A DNA stretch of 38,070 nucleotides, taken from the NCBI GenBank assembly GCA_964417995.1, contig CAYQJZ010000014.1:1-38070 (forward strand). The letters are read 5' to 3'. Shown here piece by piece: positions 1 to 14,029 of the stretch. A program made the translations under genes and the position numbers. Source of the DNA: an uncultured Bifidobacterium sp. (GTDB taxonomy: Bacteria > Actinomycetota > Actinomycetes > Actinomycetales > Bifidobacteriaceae). Position 1 is the first letter of the stretch, and each line of letters starts with the position of its first letter. Below the pieces are notes generated by a model. It did no database searches. It saw nothing but the letters and a program-made list of their open reading frames with translations, and was not told the origin of the DNA.

Positions 1-68
1 CCAGCTGTGAAGCATTCGTCACACGCGGTGGCCGTATTCCAGCTCCGGTCCACAGTTTCAAAAACTAA

Positions 69-221
69 GACTCTGTTAACCCAGCGTGGATATAGACTCT
101 GTGAAACTGGAGTTAAGGTGATAAAAGTGTGTCATGTATTGTCACTTGTTACGTGGTTTTAATTATCCGTTGACATCCAGTCTCTTGCATAAATTCGTGT
201 CCACGATGGGTCAACAGAACC
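69..221. mobile_element. MITE copy A (153 bp), ISL3-like ends, perfect 8-bp target-site duplication AAAACTAA
   Basis: Left IR 69-90 GACTCTGTTAACCCAGCGTGGA versus reverse complement of 200-221 GGTTCTGTTGACCCATCGTGGA (18/22 match). AAAACTAA flanks at 61-68 and 222-229. An inverted second copy lies at 34304-34518. No transposase ORF. Confidence 0.85.
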
Positions 222-360
222 AAAACTAAGAGCCATATAAAAGTCATAGCAGCGTTCATACGCAGACTTGTAGAACGTTGATGGTTAAACGGACTCTGCC
301 ATAGCGTGGTGCAAGAACTTAACAACTTATACACCATAGCCTGACAGTGAAATGCAAAGC

Positions 361-393
361 ATGCTGCCAAGCGTATGACTATATTGGCAGCAT
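361..393 (-). terminator. Inverted repeat downstream of the GH13 gene, possible intrinsic terminator
   Basis: Perfect 10-bp IR ATGCTGCCAA (361-370) / TTGGCAGCAT (384-393); only a weak U-rich tail on the minus strand. Confidence 0.45.
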
Positions 394-552
394 CAACAAA
401 TAGTGGAGACCACAAACTGGCCTCCACCATTACGGCGGGGGTCTGGACGATTTTCTGGACACGTGTTCGTGTGGAAAGGAAGTGAGCGTGTCTAGCTAGT
501 CCCAATCCTGCACTCCATTACTGTATTCGTAGATTAACTACTGCTGAATGTG

Positions 553-2100
553 CTACTGAACAGTAATGAATGCAGCACTCGCCGCAGGAACAGTGAGTAC
601 ACCATTCTCCAGTGTCGCACCGTCACCAAGCTGATAGATTGTTTCCACAGCTGTGGTATTGCAGTCGCAAGACACAGATTCATCAGACGGATTCAGCGCC
701 ACAAGAACACTCGTTTCGCCGTCAGAACGCAAATAAACCAGCGGGCAACGATTCGGCTCACAATAGATGAACTCAATCGATGCAGAAGCACACAACGCTG
801 GTGTTGCACGACGCAACGCAATCAAATTATGAACCTCATGCCACAACGACGTGTCGTCAGCCATCTGTTCAGCAACAGTTGGCGCGTTTGAAGCATCATC
901 CTGCCGGGTATACAGTTTCTCAGCGTCAGCAGTAGAGAAACCGTAGTTCGGCTCGTTATTCCACTGCATGGGCGTACGGGCACCAGTACGTTCGTAACCA
1001 CCCTCAATAGAAGTCTGGTCAACATGTCGCATACCAATTTCGTCGCCATAATATACAAATGGCGCTCCCGGCATTGACATAAGGAAAGCAAACACCATGC
1101 GCATCTCATCAGGGGTGAGGAATTTGCGCAGACGCTCCATATCATGATTGCCGGAAGGAATACACATTAACCCACGACCGCTGGTTAACTGCATATTGCG
1201 CTGATAGGTGGCAACAAATTGCGAGGCGTCGCCACTGTGACGGGAGAAGAACGGGTTTTCGCACCGCAGCAAATCCATATAATGCGAGGTACCGAAATGC
1301 AGTAAGAAGTCCATATGGAATCCACCAATTAGTGACTTATCAGGTTCTCCCCATTCTGAAATCATCACTGCATTCGGATAATTCTCGTCAAGAAAAGCGC
1401 GCACATCTTGCCACAGTTCAATTGTTTTGGCGCTGTCAGTATCGTTCTTAACAAGCGAACCAGCCATATCAACGCGGAAACCGTCGCAACCGCGTTCCAA
1501 CCAGAAAGCCATCACATCCTTCATTGCCTGACGAGTAGCCAGTGCTTCGGGGGAGTCTGGAGCACTCTGCCATGGCTCAGTTGGATTAGCAAAACCATAG
1601 TTGAGCGCCGGTTGGTGCGAGAAGAAGTTGACTGCCACACTGCCATTGCGAGGAGATATGCCACGCAGCGAACCAGTGATATTGCCATAGCCTGTTACAT
1701 CAGTCCACACATTGTCGCTCCAGATGTAACGACCGGAATACTCATTCAGTTCAGCCTTAGCTGATTCCTTAAACCACTCATGGTCAATTGACGTGTGACC
1801 GGGTACCAAATCCAGCAGTACATGCATACCGCGCTGATGTGCCTCGTCAAACAAGCGAATCAGATCGTCGTTGGTACCGTAACGTGGTGCTACCTGACAA
1901 TAGTCAGCTACATCGTATCCGGCGTCACCGAAAGGGGAGAGGAAACAAGGGTTAATCCAGAGTGCGTTACACCCCAGCTGCGTGATGTAATCCAATTTGC
2001 TGATAATACCTGGGATATCGCCAATGCCATCGCCATTGGAATCAGCAAAACTTTGCGGATAGATCTCATAGAAGACGCTGTCGTCCAGCCAGTGCTTCAT
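553..2100 (-). CDS. GH13 alpha-amylase family glycoside hydrolase (alpha-glucosidase/TreS-like), cytoplasmic
   Basis: YEIYPQSFADSNGDGIGD, DLVPGH, GFRVDMAG (nucleophile), SEW (acid/base), NHD, YYGDEIGM motifs. ATG at 2100 follows RBS GGAAAGGA. Confidence 0.9.
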   Translation of the reverse strand: MKHWLDDSVFYEIYPQSFADSNGDGIGDIPGIISKLDYITQLGCNALWINPCFLSPFGDAGYDVADYCQVAPRYGTNDDLIRLFDEAHQRGMHVLLDLVPGHTSIDHEWFKESAKAELNEYSGRYIWSDNVWTDVTGYGNITGSLRGISPRNGSVAVNFFSHQPALNYGFANPTEPWQSAPDSPEALATRQAMKDVMAFWLERGCDGFRVDMAGSLVKNDTDSAKTIELWQDVRAFLDENYPNAVMISEWGEPDKSLIGGFHMDFLLHFGTSHYMDLLRCENPFFSRHSGDASQFVATYQRNMQLTSGRGLMCIPSGNHDMERLRKFLTPDEMRMVFAFLMSMPGAPFVYYGDEIGMRHVDQTSIEGGYERTGARTPMQWNNEPNYGFSTADAEKLYTRQDDASNAPTVAEQMADDTSLWHEVHNLIALRRATPALCASASIEFIYCEPNRCPLVYLRSDGETSVLVALNPSDESVSCDCNTTAVETIYQLGDGATLENGVLTVPAASAAFITVQ

Positions 2101-2234
2101 GACAATGCAGTCCTTTCCGATGTTGATCAAGAGGAAGACGAATGACATCGCTGTCATCGTGTATTTGCAGTGTATCGATCATTATCGAAGAGAACCACTA
2201 TGCCGACGTTTTCTTGTGGCGTGTGTTTTGTGTC

Positions 2235-2876
2235 CTAGCGTCCGCCAGCAAAACCAAGCTGACGCCATGCTTCGTAAATAGCGATCGATGCACAGTTAGT
2301 CAGGTTGAGTGAACGTAAACTCGGGCGCATAGGCAGACGCACCTGCTCAGCCACATGCGGACCGTACATAATATCTACCGGGTCAGGAATATCACCGGGC
2401 TCAGGGCCGAAAAGTAGAATATCAGTGGGACGATATTCCACTTCGGTATACAACTTGGTGGCATGAGCGGTGAAGGCAATAATACGAGACTCTGGCATTG
2501 ACTGGACAAGATTATCGAAGTTTGGATGCAACACCACATGAGCCATATCGTGGTAATCAAGGCCTGCACGGCGCAACTTGGTATCGTGCAAATTAAAGCC
2601 CAGCGGCTCTACCAAATGAAGAATCGTGCCCGTTACCGCGCACAAGCGGATCGCTGAACCAGTATTACCAGGAATACGCGGCGAGTAATAGCACAGATGC
2701 GGAGTCATGGTTTCAGCACGGCTCGCCTGATCAGCCGGCAACATCGCATCAACAACACTAATCGGATTGCCATGCGCATCAGTAACCAGCTCATCGGGTC
2801 CATAATTCGACTTGCGGTAGCCGTACTCATACATCTGCTCAACCTGAGATTCAGGATTCTTCGCATCGTTCGTCAC
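2235..2876 (-). CDS. trmL: tRNA (cytidine/uridine-34 2'-O)-methyltransferase, SPOUT family
   Basis: PRIPGNTG, LHLVEPLGF, LRRAGLDY, FGPE, RSLNLTN motifs. Start uncertain (GTG 2876 chosen). Confidence 0.88.
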   Translation of the reverse strand: MTNDAKNPESQVEQMYEYGYRKSNYGPDELVTDAHGNPISVVDAMLPADQASRAETMTPHLCYYSPRIPGNTGSAIRLCAVTGTILHLVEPLGFNLHDTKLRRAGLDYHDMAHVVLHPNFDNLVQSMPESRIIAFTAHATKLYTEVEYRPTDILLFGPEPGDIPDPVDIMYGPHVAEQVRLPMRPSLRSLNLTNCASIAIYEAWRQLGFAGGR

Positions 2877-2951
2877 GAACGACAACGATACGAACCCGAG
2901 CCGACAGCGAACGGCAAATATTGCAGGCAACAAATCACGCACAATAGAAAG

Positions 2952-3905
2952 GTGAGCAGCGGTAATGAACCCACCCTAAAAGAGACAACCAGCACTACCA
3001 CTGGCACAACAGCCCTAACACAGCAAGCGCAGCAGGCATACACACAGTTAGCTGCATGGTGGGAAGTCAACGCACGTGACCTGCCATGGAGGTTTGGACG
3101 AACCAGCCCATGGGGTGTTCTGGTCTCAGAAGTCATGAGCCAACAAACACCAATGACTCGCGTCGTACCCTACTGGACTGTGTGGATGACCACATGGCCC
3201 GATGCAGCTGCACTCGCCGACGCTACTACTGCCGAAGTAGTCACCGCATGGGGACGGCTTGGCTACCCGCGTCGAGCATTGCGCTTGCGTGAATGCGCTT
3301 ACGCAATAGCCAACGACTATAGCAACGAACTGCCGTGCACATACGATGAACTGGTAGCGCTACCAGGTATCGGCGATTACACAGCATCCGCGGTGATCAG
3401 TTTTGCTTACGGTAAACGCATTGCAGTAATCGATACGAATATTCGCCGCGTTCTCTCACGCATTTTCCACGGTGCTGAATCACGCGGAGGAGCAGCAACC
3501 AAAAGTGAACGCGTATTAACTGCCGACGTATTGCCGATAGATGATGCTGCGTCAGTGACATGGAATCAGTCAGTAATGGAACTGGGAGCAGTGATATGCA
3601 CAGCGCGCTCGCCGCAATGTGACGTGTGTCCGTTATCACAGATGTGTGTATTTCTTAAACAGGGGCGCCCTGGTTTAGGCGAACGGCGGACACGACCTCG
3701 GCAACGTTTTGACGGCACCGACCGACAGGTGAGAGGTATTGTTTTGGATGCTTTGCGCAAATTGCCAGCGGGGGATGCGCTGTCGCGCACGCAAACTCGG
3801 GAACTGTGGTCTGATCATGTACAGCTGGATGCGTGTATTGCCTCGCTGGATGACGATGGCCTGATTGAGATGACACCAGATGGCAGTTTGCGTTTGCCGA
3901 ACTAA
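2952..3905 (+). CDS. mutY: A/G-specific adenine DNA glycosylase
   Basis: RDLPWR, VSEVMSQQT, WGRLGYPRRA, HhH LPGIGDYTA, and 4Fe-4S motif CTARSPQCDVCPLSQMC. Start uncertain (GTG 2952 chosen). Confidence 0.9.
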   Translation: MSSGNEPTLKETTSTTTGTTALTQQAQQAYTQLAAWWEVNARDLPWRFGRTSPWGVLVSEVMSQQTPMTRVVPYWTVWMTTWPDAAALADATTAEVVTAWGRLGYPRRALRLRECAYAIANDYSNELPCTYDELVALPGIGDYTASAVISFAYGKRIAVIDTNIRRVLSRIFHGAESRGGAATKSERVLTADVLPIDDAASVTWNQSVMELGAVICTARSPQCDVCPLSQMCVFLKQGRPGLGERRTRPRQRFDGTDRQVRGIVLDALRKLPAGDALSRTQTRELWSDHVQLDACIASLDDDGLIEMTPDGSLRLPN

Positions 3906-3954
3906 CATGCTGATATAACGGTTCGTGTCAGCTTGGATTTTAAACTGAGGTGTT

Positions 3955-4596
3955 ATGGCCACACAGACATCTGCGACGGGCGGGGATAAGCGCAAGCGTA
4001 CGCTGAGCAAAAAGCAGCGGCGTATGTATCGTCGTCGCCGTATTGTCGCAGGAATTATTGTGGCGTTGATTATTGCACTGGTCGTATTCTGCGTATACAG
4101 TCTCGGCCGCGGTGCAGTGGCACTGGGTCAGTGGGTGATTGAAGGCACGCCAAGTGTTGAACGCGAAGAAGTTCCCACGCCGACGGAAACCACAGGGGTT
4201 AAAGACTGCACTTCCACAGAGGTGACCTTGCAGCTCACAGCTGATGCAGCAAGTGTGAGCGTTGGTGGTTCACTGGATTTTTCGGCAAGTATCACATATA
4301 CGGGGTCGGCAAGTTGTCTTATCAATGCAGCAGATGACAATCGTGTGCTAACGATTACCTCTGGTAGTGATGAGGTGTGGCGTTCGGATTCCTGCCCAGT
4401 TGACGACCGCATGTTGCTAATGGCACAAGGCGATGTGGATACGCAGACAATTACGTGGAATACCAACCGTACTGGCAGTGAATGCGAGGACGACTCTGAC
4501 TTGGAAAGCATAAGTGCTGGCACTTATATAGCCCAGTTGAGCTTGGCTGACATAGATGATGTATTCAGCGATGAAGTCACCATCGTTGTGCAGTAG
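3955..4596 (+). CDS. Membrane-anchored hypothetical protein (basic N-terminus, one TM helix, acidic beta-rich domain with 4 Cys)
   Basis: RBS GAGGTG; RRRRIVAGIIVALIIALVVFCVYSL anchor; Thr/Ser/Asp-rich C-terminal domain. Confidence 0.8.
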   Translation: MATQTSATGGDKRKRTLSKKQRRMYRRRRIVAGIIVALIIALVVFCVYSLGRGAVALGQWVIEGTPSVEREEVPTPTETTGVKDCTSTEVTLQLTADAASVSVGGSLDFSASITYTGSASCLINAADDNRVLTITSGSDEVWRSDSCPVDDRMLLMAQGDVDTQTITWNTNRTGSECEDDSDLESISAGTYIAQLSLADIDDVFSDEVTIVVQ

Positions 4597-4690
4597 TCTT
4601 TTTGTAATTGCGCCCCGCTGTAATTGCTTCTGCCGTAACGTGCCTGCCGTGAGATGACTGCTGTCATTGGGCAGTGTCAGTGCAGAAAAG

Positions 4691-4786
4691 TGTGTGCGCT
4701 ACACAGCACTGGAATTTATCGCGTGTTCGTTCCATGTGTTGTCGCGTTCAAATGTGTGCTGCACGGCACCGGAATTTTGTATCGTG
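4691..4786. repeat. Two imperfect ~35-bp direct repeats (~60-bp period) upstream of rpoB
   Basis: TGTGTGCGCTACACAGCACTGGAATTTATCGCGTGT versus TGTGTGCTGCACGGCACCGGAATTTTGTATCGTG. Confidence 0.55.
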
Positions 4787-4950
4787 TCGCGGCGTGTCGC
4801 AGGGACGTGTTACGTTTGTCCTTTGCGTATATGCATGTCATATGGCGGGCATGCTGGCAAAGAGGAAGCGCCCGCGCACAGGCATATGGCGGCCGTTCAG
4901 GCGTTTCCGGGGACAGAATACTGAAACAAGCAAGCGATAAGGAACGTCCA

Positions 4951-7900
4951 TTGGCTGCCGAAAAAGCTACGACGAGTACCACCACCATCATCGCACGCGC
5001 CGACCAGCACGATATCGATCTGCACAAGGCGTCGGACCGTGTGAACTTCGGCTCCATCCGCGAGCCCATCGATGTGCCCTACCTGTTGGGTGTGCAGACT
5101 GACAGCTTCGACTGGTTGGTCGGCAACGAACGCTGGCGTAAGCGCGTCGAAGAAGATCTGGAAAATGGCACGAACACCGTGCCTCATGTTTCCGGTCTTG
5201 ACGAGGTCTTCCAAGAGATCTCTCCTATTGAAAATTTTGCTCAAACAATGAGCCTGACTTTCTCGGATCCGTACTTCGAGGAACCACGTCACACCGTTCA
5301 GGAGTGCAAGGAGAAGGATTACACCTACTCTGCACCTCTTTATGTGAACGCTGAATTTGAAAACGGCGACACTGGCGAGATCAAAAGCCAGACGGTGTTT
5401 ATGGGTGACTTCCCACTGCAGACCCCGCACGGCACCTTCATTATCGGCGGTACCGAGCGTGTGATTGTTTCGCAGTTGGTGCGTTCCCCGGGTGTGTACT
5501 TTGAACGTACACCGGATCGTACTTCCGACAAGGAAGTTTTTGGCGCAAAGATCATTCCGAGCCGTGGTGCATGGCTGGAGTTTGAAATCGACAAGCGTGA
5601 CGTTCTTGGCGTGCGCGTGGATCGTAAGCGTAAGCAGTCCGCCATTGTCTTCCTGATGGCTATTGGTATGACCAAGCAGGAGATTCGCGAGGCATTTCAC
5701 GGTTATCCGCTGGTGCTTGATGCACTTGATAAGGAAACAATTAGCACGCAGGATGAAGCCCTGACTGATCTGTATCGCAAGATTCGTCCGGCTGATACCG
5801 CCACCCCGGAGGCTGGCAAGAACCTGCTCGAATCGTTCTACTTCAACACCAAGCGTTACGATCTGGCACGCGTTGGTCGTTACAAGATCGATCGCAAGCT
5901 TGGTCTGGAAACTGATATCAATGACCGTAGCCTGACCCGCGAAGACATTATCGCGACAATTAAGTACCTTGTCACCCTGCACGCAGGCGACAAGACATTC
6001 CCCGGCCGTCGCAATGGTGAAGATATTGACCTGCGCGTGGACGTGGACGATATCGATCACTTCGGTAATCGTCGTATTCGCCAGGTTGGTGAGCTGATTC
6101 AGAACCAGCTGCGCACCGGCCTGAGCCGTATGGAACGCGTTGTGCGCGAACGTATGACCACGCAGGACGCCGAAGCGATCACTCCGCAGTCGTTGATCAA
6201 CATTCGCCCTGTTAACGCGACAATTAAGGAGTTCTTCGGTACTTCGCAGCTGAGCCAGTTCATGGATCAGAACAATCCGCTGGCTGGCGTGACCAACAAG
6301 CGCCGTCTGTCGGCTCTGGGTCCTGGCGGTCTGTCGCGTGACCGCGCTTCGATGGAAGTGCGAGACGTGCATCCGTCGCACTTCGGCCGTATGTGCCCGA
6401 TCGAATCCCCAGAAGGTCCGAATATCGGTCTGATCGGTTCGTTGGCTACATTCGGTCGTATCAACCCGTTCGGTTTTATTGAAACTCCGTATCGCAAAGT
6501 TGTGGACGGTCATGTGACTGACGAGGTTGTTTACATGACCGCCGACCAGGAGTCCGAGCACGTGATCGCTCAGGCCAACCAGGAGCTTGACTCAGACGGT
6601 AACTTTGTTGCTAAGGAAGCTCTTGTACGAGACGCTGCTGGTGAGGCCGAGGACGTTCCGGTTGACATGGTCGACTACATGGACGTCTCCCCACGTCAGA
6701 TGGTGTCGGTTGGCGCGTCGCTGATTCCGTTCCTTGAACACGACGAAGGCCACCGAGCGCTGATGGGTACCAACATGCAGCGTCAGGCTGTGCCTCTGAT
6801 CAAGTCGGAGCGTCCGTTGGTGGGTACCGGTTCCGAATGGCGTTCAGCTATCGACTCCGGTGACGTGATTCTGGCTGAAAAGCCAGGCGTGGTTACCTAC
6901 GTGTCTGCCGACATGATTCGCGTGATGAACGATGACGGCACAACCTCCAGCTACAAGCTGTCGAAGTTCCAGCGTTCCAACCAGATGACCTGCTACAACC
7001 AGGTGCCGCTGATCAAGGACGGCGAACGTGTGGAAACCGGCACAGTTCTTGCTGACGGTCCGGCAACAGAAAAGGGTGAAATGGCCCTTGGTAAGAACCT
7101 GTTGGTGGCATTCATGCCGTGGAACGGTTACAACTACGAGGACGCTATTATCATCTCGCAACGCTTGGTGCAGGACGATACCCTTTCCTCAATTCACATT
7201 GAGGAATATGAGATTGATGCTCGCGAAACCAAGTTGGGTGCCGAGGAAATCACCCGCGACCTGCCGAATGTTGGTGAAGACGCGGTTGCCAACCTCGACG
7301 AGCGTGGCATCATCCGCATCGGTGCAGAGGTTGAAGCTGGCGACATTCTTGTCGGTAAGGTCACACCGAAGGGCGAAACCGAGCTGACTCCGGAAGAGCG
7401 TCTGTTGCGCGCAATCTTCGGCGAGAAGAGCCGTGAAGTTCGTGACACCTCATTGCGTGTGCCGCACGGCGAGACCGGTACGGTTATTGCGGTTAAGGAG
7501 ATCACTCGCGAGGATGCCGAAGAAGACGGCGACGAGCTGCCAAACGGCGTCAACCAGATGATCCGCGTTTATGTTGCTCAGCATCGTAAGATCACGCAGG
7601 GCGACAAGCTCGCTGGTCGTCACGGCAACAAGGGTGTTATTTCGCGCATTCTTCCTGAGGAAGATATGCCATTCCTTGAGGACGGTACGCCGGTTGACAT
7701 CATGCTGAACCCGCTGGGTGTGCCAAGCCGAATGAACCTTGGCCAGGTGCTGGAGATGCACTTGGGCTGGGTGGCTCACGCTGGTTGGGACATCACCGTA
7801 GATCCCGATCTGGAAGCCGAGTGGAAGAAGTATGTACCGCAGGGTGCTGAGAAGGGTGAACCGGGTACTCCGGTGGCTACCCCGGTGTTTGACGGTGTGC

Positions 7901-8517
7901 GTCAGGAGACGCTGCACGGCCTGCTTAAGAACACTCTGACCGACCGCGACGGCAACAAGCTTGTTGGCGAGAACGGCAAGGCACGTCTGTTCGATGGCCG
8001 TACCGGCGAACCATTCCCGAAGCCAATCTCCGTGGGCTACATGTACATGCTCAAGCTCCATCACCTGGTTGACGACAAGATTCACGCGCGTTCAACTGGC
8101 CCGTACTCGATGATTACGCAGCAGCCGCTGGGAGGTAAGGCCCAGTTCGGTGGCCAGCGCTTCGGTGAGATGGAGGTGTGGGCCCTTGAGGCCTACGGTG
8201 CCGCTTACACGTTGCACGAGATGATGACCACCAAGTCCGACGACGTTGACGGTCGTGTGCGCGTTTATGGAGCGATTGTTAAAGGCGAGAACCTGCCGCC
8301 TGCAGGTATCCCTGAATCGTTCAAGGTGTTGCTTAAGGAAATGCAGTCCTTGTCGTTGAATGTTGAGGTGCTTAACGCTGAAGGCGTGTCTATCGACATG
8401 AAAGACGAGGAAGACGATCCCGTGTCTGCTTCTGACGATCTGGGCTTCAATATTGGCGCGCGTCCTGACGCCTCCGCCAAGGAAAGCCAGCTCGCTGAGG
8501 AGCCTGAATACCAGTGA
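4951..8517 (+). CDS. rpoB: DNA-directed RNA polymerase beta subunit
   Basis: [36 protein letters not shown] motifs. TTG start at 4951 follows AAGGAA RBS (1188 aa). Confidence 0.99.
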   Translation: MAAEKATTSTTTIIARADQHDIDLHKASDRVNFGSIREPIDVPYLLGVQTDSFDWLVGNERWRKRVEEDLENGTNTVPHVSGLDEVFQEISPIENFAQTMSLTFSDPYFEEPRHTVQECKEKDYTYSAPLYVNAEFENGDTGEIKSQTVFMGDFPLQTPHGTFIIGGTERVIVSQLVRSPGVYFERTPDRTSDKEVFGAKIIPSRGAWLEFEIDKRDVLGVRVDRKRKQSAIVFLMAIGMTKQEIREAFHGYPLVLDALDKETISTQDEALTDLYRKIRPADTATPEAGKNLLESFYFNTKRYDLARVGRYKIDRKLGLETDINDRSLTREDIIATIKYLVTLHAGDKTFPGRRNGEDIDLRVDVDDIDHFGNRRIRQVGELIQNQLRTGLSRMERVVRERMTTQDAEAITPQSLINIRPVNATIKEFFGTSQLSQFMDQNNPLAGVTNKRRLSALGPGGLSRDRASMEVRDVHPSHFGRMCPIESPEGPNIGLIGSLATFGRINPFGFIETPYRKVVDGHVTDEVVYMTADQESEHVIAQANQELDSDGNFVAKEALVRDAAGEAEDVPVDMVDYMDVSPRQMVSVGASLIPFLEHDEGHRALMGTNMQRQAVPLIKSERPLVGTGSEWRSAIDSGDVILAEKPGVVTYVSADMIRVMNDDGTTSSYKLSKFQRSNQMTCYNQVPLIKDGERVETGTVLADGPATEKGEMALGKNLLVAFMPWNGYNYEDAIIISQRLVQDDTLSSIHIEEYEIDARETKLGAEEITRDLPNVGEDAVANLDERGIIRIGAEVEAGDILVGKVTPKGETELTPEERLLRAIFGEKSREVRDTSLRVPHGETGTVIAVKEITREDAEEDGDELPNGVNQMIRVYVAQHRKITQGDKLAGRHGNKGVISRILPEEDMPFLEDGTPVDIMLNPLGVPSRMNLGQVLEMHLGWVAHAGWDITVDPDLEAEWKKYVPQGAEKGEPGTPVATPVFDGVRQETLHGLLKNTLTDRDGNKLVGENGKARLFDGRTGEPFPKPISVGYMYMLKLHHLVDDKIHARSTGPYSMITQQPLGGKAQFGGQRFGEMEVWALEAYGAAYTLHEMMTTKSDDVDGRVRVYGAIVKGENLPPAGIPESFKVLLKEMQSLSLNVEVLNAEGVSIDMKDEEDDPVSASDDLGFNIGARPDASAKESQLAEEPEYQ

Positions 8518-8524
8518 TTCCCAA

Positions 8525-8568
8525 GTCTGGCCGCTCCGCCGTCGTTGCGGCGGCGGACGGTGTCAGAC
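8525..8568 (+). other. GC-rich stem-loop in the rpoB-rpoC spacer
   Basis: TCCGCCGTCG-TTG-CGGCGGCGGA core with outer GTCTGG/TCAGAC pairing; no U tail. Confidence 0.6.
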
Positions 8569-8612
8569 ATGACGTAAAAAAACGAAACCTTTGATAAAAG
8601 ACAGGAATACAA

Positions 8613-12677
<4,065 letters not shown>

Positions 12678-12729
12678 GTTTGCGTGTATGACTTACTGAT
12701 GCATGTAAGCCAAGGCTAAGGCCGTAATA

Positions 12730-12770
12730 AAGGGTGAATTCGGTTGTACTGGATTCACCCTTCATGTTTA
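12730..12770 (+). terminator. Probable rpoBC intrinsic terminator
   Basis: AAGGGTGAAT (12730-12739) / ATTCACCCTT (12753-12762) followed by CATGTTTA. Confidence 0.7.
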
Positions 12771-12819
12771 TGTGGTTATATCGGATGGGAATGATGAGAT
12801 TGGTGCCGCATCGATAACC

Positions 12820-12880
12820 GAAGACCTTGGTGAAGACCTGGCCTGGGTGAAGGCCTAGGTAAAGACTTGGGTAAAGAACC
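12820..12880. repeat. Degenerate 12-bp tandem repeat (~5 units)
   Basis: GAAGACCTTGGT, GAAGACCTGG.., GAAGGCCTAGGT, AAAGACTTGGGT, AAAGAACC. Confidence 0.7.
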
Positions 12881-12945
12881 GGCAACGGCGTTAACCTCTG
12901 ACATTCCTAAAAATGTGTGGATCACGATGCTTGAAGGACAGTGAT

Positions 12946-13983
12946 ATGGCAAATACACCCCAACAATCATCACAACGTCGGCAGCAACACCGTCGTCAAA
13001 TTCGCCGGCGTCGCATCACCATAGCAGTGCTTGCTGTCGTTGTAATTGTGGCGATTATCATCATTGTTGGCGTAGCGAGGGGAATATGGGGTGCAAGTAC
13101 GTCGAACTCTGCGTCAGATTCAACAGGCCAAACAGCAGATGTGTCAGACGATATAGAGGTTTATGAGGGGGACTTGGACCGTGATGACGTTCCTGACGCC
13201 GACATCACCTCTGCTGAACAAGAGAAACTTGACGCTCTCGGTGTTGAACTGGAAGAGTTGATTTCTGGCTATCAGGGTACGTGGCAAGTTTATGTGGAAG
13301 ACCTCGCCAGTGGCGCCTCAATTGACATTAACAGCCATCAGAGTTACTCAGCGTCAGTTGTCAAACTATATGTGATGCTTGCAGTATTTCAACAGATCAG
13401 CGACGGAGAACTTACTGAAACGTCGGATATTGATACGCTGCTGGAACAGATGATCACTGTCAGCTCTAACGACGCTACCAATACGCTAGTTGACACATTG
13501 GGTGGCGGAAGTGCTGACGAGGGATTCTCTATTGTGAATCAGATTGCTGAAGATTACGGATTTACCAATTCCTTCATTAAACAGTATCTCGGCTATTCTG
13601 ATGGCGACCCGTCACTTAAGCAGACTAGTGCCATTGACAGCGGCAAGTTTATGGCTGCCGTTTACAGAGGTGAGCTGGTATCTGAAGAATACAGTCAGCG
13701 AATGCTGGACTTGTTGCTGGCGCAAACGCGGCTTACCAAGATTCCTGGAGGGTTGCCCGACGGTACGTTATCGGCAAATAAAACCGGTGAAATTACTGGT
13801 GTAGAAAACGATGCTGCAATTGTTTTTGCTACGGATGACATATCCGCAGCCATTGATGGTACAGCTACTGAGGGCGACTACGTATTAACGGTGATGACCG
13901 AAGATATCAGTGATTCCAGTGCCACGCAGGCATCGATTCGTGAATTGTCGTCAGTTGTATGGGCGGCGTTAGAAGACGAATAG
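12946..13983 (+). CDS. Membrane-anchored serine hydrolase, class A beta-lactamase-like/PBP fold
   Basis: SxxK (SVVK), SxN (SSN) and KTG motifs; poly-Arg plus TM helix at the N-terminus. ATG 12946 follows GAAGGA. Confidence 0.85.
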   Translation: MANTPQQSSQRRQQHRRQIRRRRITIAVLAVVVIVAIIIIVGVARGIWGASTSNSASDSTGQTADVSDDIEVYEGDLDRDDVPDADITSAEQEKLDALGVELEELISGYQGTWQVYVEDLASGASIDINSHQSYSASVVKLYVMLAVFQQISDGELTETSDIDTLLEQMITVSSNDATNTLVDTLGGGSADEGFSIVNQIAEDYGFTNSFIKQYLGYSDGDPSLKQTSAIDSGKFMAAVYRGELVSEEYSQRMLDLLLAQTRLTKIPGGLPDGTLSANKTGEITGVENDAAIVFATDDISAAIDGTATEGDYVLTVMTEDISDSSATQASIRELSSVVWAALEDE

Positions 13984-14029
13984 GTCATCTCTAGAGTCAA
14001 GTGTTTCCAGACACGCGGGGTAGGTAGAT

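Noticed and set aside
170-195. TTGACA...TAAATT promoter-like pair inside the MITE
   Set aside because: The spacing is only 14 bp in both copies, too short for a sigma70-type promoter.
292-309. GACTCTGCCATAGCGTGG, resembling the MITE end
   Set aside because: Short, gapped match with no partner IR; may be chance.
149-505. 118-aa minus-strand ORF, and a 31-codon plus-strand ORF starting at 134
   Set aside because: Both run through the MITE and show no motifs; copy B has an indel that breaks the frame.
2697-2951. N-terminal ORF extensions of mutY and trmL
   Set aside because: They would overlap head-to-head and contain no family motifs.
4654-4950. 99-codon in-frame extension of rpoB
   Set aside because: Atypical Cys/Arg-rich composition; a good RBS plus TTG at 4951 gives a normal-length RpoB.
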